From the NCBI GenBank assembly GCA_020137815.1, contig CM035360.1:4464001-4528000 (forward strand): a stretch of 64,000 nt of DNA. Direction: 5' to 3'. Positions 1 through 13,400 of this stretch are shown in pieces (position 1 is the first letter of the stretch; the number at the start of each line of letters is the position of its first letter). The stretch comes from Hormiphora californensis. Taxonomy: Eukaryota; Animalia; Ctenophora. The notes beneath the pieces are model-generated. The model was not told the origin of the DNA. It did not search any database and was given only the letters and a program-made list of their open reading frames with translations. Made by a program: the position numbers and the translations under genes.

Positions 1-878
1 CATTTCGTTTCGTATATTGTAGCCCGTGTCAAGCACATTTGTAAGTACTGCGATCCCCCCCCCCCCGAGTTCACTGAAACCTGGCACGTGTACATATCGA
101 ATTATGGATGTATTTATCATGTACTATTTGTCGTGGAGCAACAAGTCAGATAACAGTTGTATACAGCGTGTGATATGTCTCTGGTAATGCTACATTGGTC
201 CTGCAAGGAGTCGATACGACTCGTATTACGCAGGACAGTCTTATGTTCCATTTCTTGTAATCTTGTTGGAATTATGGCTAGTAGTAAAGAGGTTGTTGAT
301 GATTTTCCCGAAAGGGCATTCACCCGGATGATACTAGTTTAGCACGTGTCATTCAGGTAGAGACTAGAAATATGGGAATCCCCTTATCTATCCTCGTTCC
401 CTGGTACCCCATAATATGATTCGAGCATTATACATGCATATCGTGTCTCCTTGCCCTCTGATCTGACTCCGGGTCGTCTAATATGGATCGTATTATCATC
501 ATTCCTTTTTTAGTAGTCAGTGTATGTCGTTCGGATAGCTCTGGTTGTACTTCCAATTTTTCAGCTCGTCTCCGTCCTCTCCGCTCTCTCTCGTCTTCTC
601 TGTCTTCCTCTTTCTGTCTCTCATCAGTTCTGTCTCTTCTCCACTCGTTCCTCGTTCTCATCGTTCATTCTCTCTGTATCTGATCTCCTCTCTCTTCCTT
701 GCTCTCCGTACTCCCTTAATTCGCTTCTCATACGTCTCATTCTCTTCCTATCTCGGTGCTATCGTTTCATCACCGTCCTCTTTCTCTATCGTATCGTCTC
801 GGAGCTCTACAGTCCATCCGAGTCTCTTCTCGTCTCCTCCTCCCCCTCTCCCGCGTCCTCTCTCTCATCCTCCCCTCT

Positions 879-914
<36 letters not shown>

Positions 915-1139
915 CTCTCTCACAATCTTTTTACCTTCCTCCCATTCTCACTACTCAACAAACGAATACACTACCCGCACCTCGTGTTTTTACATAGTAT
1001 AAAGATTTGTTTTGGTAAGCCGGAAGCCCCTGATGTTTTTGATGTTGGTGTTTGATGTTTTTTAATTAAAGATGAAAGTTTCATCTTGGTACCCCCTTGA
1101 GTTTGTTTCCCGTCTCAATCTTGGTTGACACAAGTATAC

Positions 1140-1440
1140 CAGTAACATGCCTCCCTCCCCTCACCCAGCAACCCCCCCCCCCCCCCCCCCACCAGTAAAA
1201 TATGTCCAGTTGGTTTGACACCACCAGTAACATGCCCCCCTCCCCCGCCCAGCAACCCCCCCCCTCCCTCACCCAGTAAAATATGTCAAGTTGGTTTGAC
1301 ACCACCAGTACCAGTAACATGCCTCCCTCCCCCACCCAGCAACCCCCCCCCCCCCCCCCACTTGTTGAGTAACAAGTTACTCAACAACCCCCCCCCCAGT
1401 AAAATATGTCAAGTTGGTTTGACACCACCAGTACCAGTAG
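1140..1440 (+). repeat. Tandem repeat of poly-C tract, acceptor and start of first coding exon (CAG|TAAAATATGTCAAGTTGGTTTGACACCACCAGT), ~3 copies
   Basis: Unit visible at ~1193, ~1274 and ~1397. Confidence 0.85.
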
Positions 1441-4400
1441 TTTCAGCAACTCTAGCTTCACCAGCTCTACAAAAGAGCTGTCTATACGGGTCCAGCCGAG
1501 ATCAGGACACAACCATGGTTCCAGTGACGATAGTTCTAGTGGGAGCGAGGGAGAGGATGATCTTTTTTCAATCAGCAGTGGAAATCAGGCAGCTCGTAGC
1601 AGTAGTGATATGTCAGCTTGCCATCGGATGTAAGTTGTGCGACGTGGTATCTTAACTTGCCATCGGATGTAAATTGGGGGAAAATAGGGACTCGTTCACG
1701 TATCTCGGATGTGTGACTCACATTACATGTGATATCACCTCGGCCTATTGTAGAAAAGATCTTTACTGCAATATGTCCATTGTCCCTAGTTAAAATAACG
1801 ATCTTCCCTGCTCTCCCTAGTTAAAATAACGATCTTCCCTGCTCTCCCTAGTTAAAATAACGATCTTCCCTGCTCTCCCTAGTTAAAATAACGATTTTCC
1901 CTGCTCTCCCTAGTTAAAAATAGGATCTTCCCTGCTCTCCCTAGTTAAAATAACGATCTTCCCTGCTGCCCCTAGTTAAAATAACAATCTTCCCTGCTCT
2001 CCCTAGTTAAAGTAACAATCTTCCCTGCTCTCCCTAGTTAAACTAACGATCTCTCCTACAGAAGAGAGCGCCGCACGAGTCACGCGTCCATATGTGTAAA
2101 CACCAATATTATGAATGAGTATATATTCCTCGCTCGATGTATCGCATTTCCTGTTTCCGAGATACTGTTCAATCCCAACCTCGCCCGACCCAAGTATGTC
2201 ATTTACAATTGTATCACACTGCTCAACCCCTAAATAGTAAAACTCCCTTCCTTCATCAGCCACATTCATGCCTGCGACTCCCCCAGCGACAGTCCAGCTT
2301 CACCAGCCCAATCTCATTAGTTTTCCCAGCCCGAATCTTCAACTCCATCAGTCCAACTCCCCAACTTAACCCAACTCCCCTACCCCCTCTTAGTCCTCAA
2401 TCCCTAAATTATTTAATGGATTTGTGTTTATTTAGTAAATAGCCCAACTCCCCTACCCCTCCCAGTCCGGCACCGGTGACGGAGGTAACGTTAGAAGAAA
2501 TAACGACGAAGTGTGTTTGGCACCTGAAGAAGAATTTCCCCGTTCCAAACCATGAAGAGTCATATAAACCACTCAAGGTATATGAAGATTCATATAAACC
2601 ACTCAAGGTATATGAAGATTCATATGAACCACTCAAGGTATATGAAGATTCATATGAACCACTCAAGGTATAATAACACTGTTATTATACCTCTTGAGTT
2701 GGATACATTTGCAGTTTCATGTTTGTTTCATTTTGAATGCTCTGTTACACTGACATACACCTGTCTAAGTCTCTCTTTAATCCTAAATCTATCACTTAAC
2801 AACCGTATCGCCTAGTTTGGTTCAGTCATTCTGTCAAATGGTGCTCCTTTTCTGTATCTTTCAACACATTACCTCTAATATCTGATCTCTAACGCACTCA
2901 ATACCTGCTCGTTTTCTTGTACTCAGGTCACGTCCATAATATTGCTCTGTCTCAAAACATACTCCTTGTGCCAATGCTCCACTATATCCCCTAATAATTC
3001 CCAAAATTTCAAGTTTCTATCTTCAAAACTGTGGTCTCAGTGGCATTAAAACTGTCCCTGCATCATCGTGCATTCTGGATACAGAATAACTTTGCGGATG
3101 TGTGACATAAACGAATTCTCGGGATTCTCCAAACTCTCTCACAACCAGTTCATACATTTGCAGTTTCATGTTTGTTTCATTTTGAATGCTCTGTTACACT
3201 GACATACACCTGTCTAAGTCTCTCTTTAATCCTAAATCTATCACTTAACAACCGTATCGCCTAGTTTGGTTCAGTCATTCTGTCAAATGGTGCTCCTTTT
3301 CTGTATCTTTCAACACATTACCTCTAATATCTGATCTCTAACGCACTCAATACCTGCTCGTTTTTCTTGTAATAATTCCCAAAATTTCAAGTTTCTATCT
3401 TCAAAACTGTGGTCTCAGTGGCATTAAAACTGTCCCTGCATCATCGTGCATTCTGGATACAGAATAACTTTGCGGATGTGTGACATAAACGAATTCTCGG
3501 GATTCTCCAAACTCTCTCACAACCAGTTCATACATTTGCAGTTTCATGTTTGTTTCATTTTGAATGCTCTGTTACACTGACATACACCTGTCTAAGTCTC
3601 TCTTTAATCCTAAATCTATCACTTAACAACCGTATCGCCTAGTTTGGTTCAGTCATTCTGTCAAATGGTGCTCCTTTTCTGTATCTTTCAACACATTACC
3701 TCTAATATCTGATCTCTAACGCACTCAATACCTGCTCGTTTTCTTGTACTCAGGTCACGTCCATAATATTGCTCTGTCTCAAAACATACTCCTTGTGCCA
3801 ATGCTCCACTATATCCCCTAATAATTCCCAAAATTTCAAGTTTCTATCTTCAAAACTGTGGTCTCAGTGGCATTAAAACTGTCCCTGCATCATCGTGCAT
3901 TCTGGATACAGAATAACTTTGCGGATGTGTGACATAAACGAATTCTCGGGATTCTCCAAACTCTCTCACAACCAGTTCATACATTTGCAGTTTCATGTTT
4001 GTTTCATTTTGAATGCTCTGTTACACTGACATACACCTGTCTAAGTCTCTCTTTAATCCTAAATCTATCACTTAACAACCGTATCGCCTAGTTTGGTTCA
4101 GTCATTCTGTCAAATGGTGCTCCTTTTCTGTATCTTTCAACACATTACCTCTAATATCTGATCTCTAACGCACTCAATACCTGCTCGTTTTCTTGTACTC
4201 AGGTCACGTCCATAATATTGCTCTGTCTCAAAACATACTCCTTGTGCCAATGCTCCACTATATCCCCTAATAATTCCCAAAATTTCAAGTTTCTATCTTC
4301 AAAACTGTGGTCTCAGTGGCATTAAAACTGTCCCTGCATCATCGTGCATTCTGGATACAGAATAACTTTGCGGATGTGTGACATAAACGAATTCTCGGGA

Positions 4401-7400
4401 TTCTCCAAACTCTCTCACAACCAGTTCATACATTTGCAGTTTCATGTTTGTTTCATTTTGAATGCTCTGTTACACTGACATACACCTGTCTAAGTCTCTC
4501 TTTAATCCTAAATCTATCACTTAACAACCGTATCGCCTAGTTTGGTTCAGTCATTCTGTCAAATGGTGCTCCTTTTCTGTATCTTTCAACACATTACCTC
4601 TAATATCTGATCTCTAACGCACTCAATACCTGCTCGTTTTTCTTGTAATAATTCCCAAAATTTCAAGTTTCTATCTTCAAAACTGTGGTCTCAGTGGCAT
4701 TAAAACTGTCCCTGCATCATCGTGCATTCTGGATACAGAATAACTTTGCGGATGTGTGACATAAACGAATTCTCGGGATTCTCCAAACTCTCTCACAACC
4801 AGTTCATACATTTGCAGTTTCATGTTTGTTTCATTTTGAATGCTCTGTTACACTGACATACACCTGTCTAAGTCTCTCTTTAATCCTAAATCTATCACTT
4901 AACAACCGTATCGCCTAGTTTGGTTCAGTCATTCTGTCAAATGGTGCTCCTTTTCTGTATCTTTCAACACATTACCTCTAATATCTGATCTCTAACGCAC
5001 TCAATACCTGCTCGTTTTTCTTGTAATAATTCCCAAAATTTCAAGTTTCTATCTTCAAAACTGTGGTCTCAGTGGCATTAAAACTGTCCCTGCATCATCG
5101 TGCATTCTGGATACAGAATAACTTTGCGGATGTGTGACATAAACGAATTCTCGGGATTCTCCAAACTCTCTCACAACCAGTTCATACATTTGCAGTTTCA
5201 TGTTTGTTTCATTTTGAATGCTCTGTTACACTGACATACACCTGTCTAAGTCTCTCTTTAATCCTAAATCTATCACTTAACAACCGTATCGCCTAGTTTG
5301 GTTCAGTCATTCTGTCAAATGGTGCTCCTTTTCTGTATCTTTCAACACATTACCTCTAATATCTGATCTCTAACGCACTCAATACCTGCTCGTTTTCTTG
5401 TACTAGCCACCACCCACCCCTCCACCCCACCCACCTCCCCCACCCTGGCCCGTCCCAAAGTAGAGGACTTTGCTAGACACCACACTACAGCGACAATCCT
5501 TGTGTTTTGGTGCACTAAGTCGCTTATCGCGTGTAACAACTCACAAATGTTCTTATCTGCCCCATCCGACTTGTCTTCTAGAACATTTTACACTCTAGTG
5601 GTGCTACAATCTGCCCAACCCCTTGTTTGTGTTTGATCGTTCTCGTTTTCGTTTATCTTTATCACCATTGGAAATGTTTACACTTCTCATCTCATCACCA
5701 ACAACATCACGGTACCAATCATCCATCAAGGTCGTAAGTTCACCTGTCCGTATTGTTTGTTCATCTATTGTGTACAGTTGATATTGTGAAGGTAATTGAC
5801 TATTCAATAATTAAGAGTAAGACAAGACATAGCTTGAGAGTGTGCCCCAGACAGACCAACATACGATAAATATCAAACCAGACCAAGTTCCTCTCAAAGG
5901 CAAAACGTTACCTATTTTCAAGACCAAGACCCTCTCAAAGGCAAAATGTTACCTACCCGACCAAGACCCTCTCAAAGGCAAAACGTTACCTAACGGACCA
6001 AGATCCTCTCAAATGTTCCAGAAATTTAAACCATGAGTCTCTTTCTCTCTCAGGGGAGAGAAAGGGACTCAGCGCCATAGTTACCACATACCCGGGTTGG
6101 TATGGAGGTTTGCTGAGCGTATCCCATGGTTTAGTGACAAACAAACAAACAAACAAACCTCTTGAGTTGCTCTGTTATTAACAGAGCAACTCAAGAGTCA
6201 AGACGTGTATAATCGGACCCTGATTATAATCGATATTTCATTATGGCCGTTCTTTGCTCGAGTTGGTACACAGCTCATCAACTCTATCCCAATTCAGAAG
6301 TTTCTAACTGGTGTGTTTGTTCGACCATGCCTGGCAACCCCTGGTGATGACGGTCGACAGAGAAGGTGTAGTGGTACTGATGGAATCGACTTGGTTGATT
6401 CTGTGGTCTTGTGGGTGTTCTGTCATACAACAAAGGGCGGACCTGCTCACACTAAACTACTTGCTGGGAGGTAGGAAATATATTGTATTACCTTTCTCTA
6501 CCCTTGGTGACATTGACACCTAGTGCGTGCGAGATCGAGCTCAATCTTGGTCGCGCACGGTGTCTATGTCACCAATCTCGACCCTCTCTTACAAACGACA
6601 AACGCATTTTGATGAAAATATCAGAATAATAGTACGGTATACATTGCAAAAGGACTATAGTTTCCGAAAAATAGTATGATACATACACAATATAATAATC
6701 ACAATATATGAGTTATAACGGTGTCTATAGTTATTATAGTCACATACCAGAGCTGTTCAACCAGCTCAGCTCAACGCGGGATGATCAGCAAATCTAGTTA
6801 CCGACGCAAGTAAACAACCAATCAGAATTTGTTATTTAGGTCACGTGACTGGTTATCCGCCAATCAGGGACCAGTATTTCGATGACTTTACGCCGCCGCA
6901 TTCTTCCTAATATCGTTAGCGAATTTGACGTTAAGCAAGAGTGCGATGGTCAGGACAATATTAAAGATTGCACTGACAATCAGGAGAGCCAAGACGTTAC
7001 CCTCATTCAACAAGCCACCCCTGACCGCCTGTATGAGATACACAATGAAGGAGATATCACATAAAAACTGTAGCCCAAACGCAACGAGGGCAATGATAAA
7101 GAGAGCCAGCTTGGTTCCCTCGCTGCCCGTTCCCTGGATGAAGAGGACCAACATGGCAATACATAGAACCACCTCGAGTGCGGGCATGGCCCAGAAACTC
7201 TTGAAGAGGTAGCCCAGGATACCACTCACTCCACCGATGATCAGGAAGATGATGGACACTAGAGCGTGGACTCCGAGGACTGTACCGTTACAGATGATTC
7301 CACCGGTTTTAGGCTCCATATTGCTGTGATCTAGAAAACTGTACTAGAGGAGGAGAAGGGAGGAATTGGAATGTTAGTATATTAGTGTTACAAGAAAGCA

Positions 7401-10400
7401 AGTGTTAGAAGAAAGCAAGTCAGTCCATATAGGGAGATAAGATTTTAATATTATATTAAAACTGTTATATCTAGTCTATGTAAAAATTAAACTTGGAAAA
7501 CGTAAAATTGTTTCCAAAAAAGCTCAAGGGTGCATCAGGTGTGCCCTGTAAAAGTCTAGATGTAGCTGTAACTGTTAGACTAAAAACTAGTAGCATATTG
7601 ACCTTGAAGATCCCTCACATAGCTCAGTATACTGCAGTCAGAGCATTGGCCTGACCCTATTCTTATTTCTTCAAATAAGGTTCGCGCAAGAACTGTGGTC
7701 AGAGTATTGGCCTGACAGGTATACTGAGTTGATACCCAATGAGCTATCAGCTATGTGAGAGAACTTCAGCATTCTGCAGTATTATATCTGCAAAGAGAAA
7801 GTCTAAAGTATTATACGTGCAAGTTGCAGGCATCCCGCGGGTTGATTGTTGAAAGGTATGTGAGAGAGAACACACACTGCATATATAACCCCAATTACTG
7901 CAGTATGTTGCTGTAACTGGAGTTATAATGCACTAGGAATCGCTGCTGTCCACATGTGAGGAAGACTCAAGTCTTCTTACAGAATTCTGTCGGAAGTCTT
8001 ACAGAATTCTGTCGGAAGTCTTACAGAATTTTGTCGGAAGTCTTACATAATTCTGTCGGAAGTTACCGATTTCACAATTTATAGCAGAATGTTTGCAGAA
8101 TGATTTTGAAAAACTTGTACAATATGAAGAGTTAATTGTCAGTTGAATGGTTTTCTCCAGACCCAGATGCACTGAACACATAAACGCATTATATTATTCC
8201 TAGGTTGCATGGATAATTGTATTAAATTTCCGGGCCTGTCCTATTATAGGCATGAAAAGTAAAGGTGCAGCAGTTGCGAAAGCTTGGACAGTACAAAACT
8301 TGGTGCACAGCTCTGCTAAAAGTGAAACTAAATAATGTCATATTAGTGGACGGTATTATGCCACGTGAAAAAGAGGTTCTACAAAACACAGACAGCTGCA
8401 CTGTTGGCGTTAATTGAATTAGTTCTTGATTCTAGCTGTTTAGAGCTTAATTTTTAATTTTTTCTTTCTGACTCTCTCAAACCAATTCTCCCCCTTACCA
8501 TGTTCACTCCAGTGAAAAAAGAGCTTCTCCCCCCCCCCCCCTATTATTCCCTCCAGTGAGAAAGAGGTTCCCTTTGGTCGGCGAAATGGGCACATGCTAA
8601 ACACACTACGAACGGTAACGCGGAGATACGCTGAGCACCTGTGTCTTAGGGAGGGCAGGACACATGAGCTTGTGCATGTGTTGGAGAGGATACATGAGAT
8701 TATCTTTGATGAAATTCAGTGGGAGCTCGATATTAATGAGGTAAAATTAATTGAGGTGCGTGATCCCATGATCCCATGACTTTTCTATTTCATAGCTGAA
8801 CACGTGTCACGTCAATGTATTGATTCAGTAATTATTTTGTTGAAACCATCGACCTCCCTCCCTCTCTCCCTCTCCCTCTCAGGATGTGACTAAAGATTCC
8901 TACTACTACGAGCTGCTACAGGGACTCCTAAAAGTAGATAGGAGAGATCACATGTACATTTACAATAGGAACAGGCTGCAGAGCAATGAGGCTCAGATCG
9001 CCATGCTGAGAGAGGAGATCGTCACCCGGAGATTGTGAGTTTTATAACCACTATTATAGTGACTCGCTCAGATAATGAAAATACCCCTCCGCAAAAGCTC
9101 ACCTATATGCAGTATAATAATTCAGTAACAGGGGTGACTTAGTAACCAACGCTCAGATATTGTCCGGGATTGGATATTAATGAGACTGCTAGATTGCAAT
9201 AGTGAATAACCCCAATTGTCACTGATATCTATAGATATCAGTGAAAATTGGGGTTATTACCGACCGTCAAGAGAAGCTGAGGAAAATGAATTAAGATTTA
9301 AAATATTAGAAGCTTCTCTTCAGAGGAACAAGATAGATAGTATCTTCACTCGCTGCATTCTCACGTTTCTCTCTTTTCTCACACAACACGCCCTACTGTA
9401 CAACAGTGAAGGGGAAACATACAGCGGGCAGATCTCAGGGTGGAAGGGTCAATTGTTAATTATTATAATGAGATCTGATCAGGATTAAATAGGGAGGAAA
9501 CTAGAAAAATATCTGGCGAGGGCCGGGCTCGAACCGACAACCTCTGCATTACATGTACATTGCTCTAACCTATTGAGCTACCTCGCCTACAATTTATCTA
9601 CATTTCCTCTCTCTATATCACTGATCATGCCCTTAGATATTGCAGCTGTAACTCATATAGGAACAAGATAGATAGTATCTTCACTCGCTGCATTCTCACG
9701 TTTCTCTCTTTTCTCACACAACTCTCTTCAGAAATATTAGGAGGGTATGATGAAAAGCAATCATGAGTACTTAAACCACGGATGATAATTATACCGCAAT
9801 TAAAAGAATTCTGGCGAATGAGATTCCTGGAAAACATATTATCCAGGAATCCTAAGGAATCACATATTATGAAAATATTATGTGCTTCCTGAATCGATTT
9901 GAAAATGAGTAAATCAATTGCTATTATTATAAAGACTGAACACTGTTCAGTGAACAGGAAATTTGGAATTGTCGGGGTTATTTTCTGTGGAATAACTATA
10001 GCAGACAAATATTGTCAAGGTTCGCAATCCACCTGCACCTACCCCTCCTTTTAACCTACCAACACCTTCCATCACCTCAGCCATATCCATATATGGGCAT
10101 GATATGCTCACCCCCTCTACAGGAACACTACAGACACCCCCCCCCCCCCCACAGGAACACAACAGACACCCCCCCCCCCCCCACAGGAACACAACAGACA
10201 CCCCCCCCCCCCCCCCCACAGGAACACAACAGACACCTCCCCCCCCCCCCCACAGGAACACTACAGACACCCCCCCACACAGGAACACTACAGACACCCC
10301 CCCCCCCCCACAGGAACACTACAGACACCCCCCCCCCCCCCCACAGGAACACTACAGACACCCCCCCCCCCCCCCCCCACAGGAACACAACAAACACCCC

Positions 10401-13400
10401 CCCCCCCCACAGGAACACTACAGATATCCGGGCACCGTTCTGTCAGGGTAACCGGGCTGAGTATCCCACTGAGGAAGACATGGATAGGGCAAAGGAGGAG
10501 AAGCTGGATTCTATTAAGAAGTTGCTGGAAAACGTGGAGAGGGGTATGTTTAGTAACGTGGGATAGAAACAATCCTTTATAGTTCGGTTTTATAGTATTA
10601 CAGTATCCAGTAATTGTACTAAATCAGGTTGTTTTGTTCAAAACCTATTTATTTTAAAAGTGTGATGAAACAGGGTCGAGCAAGGCAAAAATCAGGGGGT
10701 TATAAGTGTCTATTATATCCCACTCCCGTCAGCCAGCTCCCAGTCACTGAGTGCGACAGTCCAGAAGGGGCTCTCTCTGCCCAGAGGGGGAGCGAGCCCA
10801 ACCCCATCTCACAGTGATCAAATGTTGGCAACTTCTGCACCGGGGGGAATGAACCCACTCCGCAGTCAGACATCCATTCCGAAAGAAAGGAAATTCAGTT
10901 TTAAGGTACCGCCCTCACCTAGTTAATTAGTAACAATCTTATCCACTCTCCCTAGTTCAAGTAACGATCTTACTGCTTTCACCTAGTTAATTATATAGAT
11001 TGTAGTAACAATCCTCGGGCCCTCCTATCATGATCTTATCACGTGATGCATGTTATTTGTTACAGCCTGTCTGGCGGATCCATGCTGATCCCCAGAGCAC
11101 CCAGATCTTGTTGAGTAGCTAGGGTTACTCAACAACTAAGATTGGGTTGCCAGCGCCCAGTCAGGCTACAGGTCATATCACTACAACTTGATTCCCTGAT
11201 ACAGGTGACGGTGACAGTGTTGTCTATCGAATTGGGATCAGATTTTCCTCGGGATGTTTACTACAGATGTGGGGCTGTGTGTAAAGGAAGCGTCAACCAA
11301 AAAATACTCAGGTATGTTATAAATATCATAAATGAGATCTAATCAGATTCAATAGATATACTCAGTTCAGAAATTCGTAGAATCTGCGGAACAGTTGTCA
11401 AATTGGACCGCCAACTAAAGTTGAAACTTGCCTCTGATTCTACAATCTGTGTAGGCCCCTAGTAGTGGGTACCGAACAGGAGTCAGGAGTCAGGACCCAA
11501 CAAAGACCGAACATTCCTCAACCCCCCCCCCCCCAGGTCCGAGAACAAGGCCCCCTTAGAGGATAACAGGCTGATATTTGATGAACGGGACTTCAAATTT
11601 AAAACCACTTACCCCCGGTTATACACCAAGGTCTCCCTCTACAAGGTCAAGAGCGGTCTTTGGAACTACACGAGTGGTACGTGCCACTCGAGCCATTTTA
11701 GGTTGTTCGAAGATCAGATCCTCTGTGGCAACAGGGTCATCTGCTTCGTGCGAACACCCTCTGCTGATTATCTAATCGAATTAATTGATTGTCATCATTA
11801 TGTTTCCAGAAAAGAATATGGGCAAGACGGAGTTGGTGGAGCTGCCTGTCAGTCACACACCCCATGGGGAGTACACTAATGACCTGCGGCTGACAATCAA
11901 ATGCAAACAGGAGGTTGGGAATCCTACCATCGTTCATATTCGATACCAAGTATATATACCTTGATTTGATTTGATAACAGCGGTTGCCATGGGCGTGAAC
12001 CCTTGTTACCAGGTACCCCTGCAGGTACCTTACCAAGCACTGATCCCTCTCTTGCCATGCCACCAGCCCCAATATCTGGATCAAACTGGAAATTTGTTCA
12101 ACTCTCTCTCTTCCTCTCTCTCAGGTGATATTTAAAAAAGATATTGGAATGTTTGGCCATTTGAAAAGTTGGAGCAGCGGAACGAAGCTGTGGAAGGAAG
12201 AGAAAAGGAGCTTCTTTATACTCACAAATCCCTCCCTGTATGTCAGGAACCGACCGAATCATGAAATACTGGTCCCTGATTGGCTGATAACCAGTCACGT
12301 GACCTAAATAACGAGTTCTGATTGGTTGTTTACTTGAGTCGGTCGGTTCCTGCAGTATGTCCATTAGGCAGCTTGTGTTGGTATTCTGGGCCTGGCAAGG
12401 CCCCCCGACCCGAATATAAACCAAACTCAACCCATCCCCCCTAAAACATCCCCCCTAAAACTAAAACAACGGGGCCGAGCCGACAGGCCCTTAATACCAG
12501 ATGAAAAAAAAACCATAAAACCATAAACCATAGATATTTTTCCTGCCGGGTGATGCCCGAAGGGCATCCACCCGGATGATCGTTTTAGCACGGGTGCTAA
12601 AAAGATTAAAGGGTTTAGAATCTCGGATTTGAAATAGTAACTCGAGCGTGGTCAAAATCGCGTGTGTCACGGTAGCAGCATAGTAACTGCTCCTTCATAA
12701 AATCAAATAACTGTTTTGATGGAAATATGATGTCAGGACGCTTATTTTCAAAGCTGTGCGCGGCGCTCACAACACTGTTGCTGAAGGGGTGAGGGTAGAG
12801 TAAAACAGCTGTGTAACTGCATATACATACAGGACGCATGCACTCTCACATTGTGACCAAGCCTTGATATTGTGATACTGATAGTGTGATACTGATCCTG
12901 TCGACGGAGGGCAGGGAAACACCGCATTATGAATACATAATGCAATAATTCTTGTTAGAGTGAAAGTTTGGAAGCCCCCTGAAGTAGTCGAGAGGTGTTC
13001 TATGGATCGTTGGAAAGGTCTCGAGGTGCTGAAGTAATTGGAATGTAATTTGAAGTAATTACATGTAATTAAAATGTAATTACATGTAATTAAAGGGTAA
13101 TTACATGTAATTAAAAGGTCTAAATGACCAGAATGATAATTTTACATATTTTGACATATTGGAGGCCCTGAGACCAGCGGGTGGCCAAATTTAATCCGGT
13201 TTCGGGTCGGCTGACGTAAAAACTCCGCGTTTTGGTCGAGATAATTATTACGAGAATATTCCTTATTCTCTCCAGTAAAACTCCAAATTTAGTTACCACT
13301 TTTTGGGTCCGGGGCACCTGACCTCCTGATCCCTGTCAGGATTGCTAAAGAGAGTTCAGTTGGAGAATGATACCAAGTATGGTCGGGGTTCCACTAGTTC

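Noticed and set aside
428-1055. Several ORFs rich in S/L or R/E
   Set aside because: Translations of CT-rich low-complexity sequence
2703-5404. CRISPR-like or coding array
   Set aside because: Units are whole near-identical repeats without unique spacers or ORFs; eukaryotic satellite
6298-6470. Candidate CADPS exon with AG/GT ends
   Set aside because: Frame and homology could not be established, so not called
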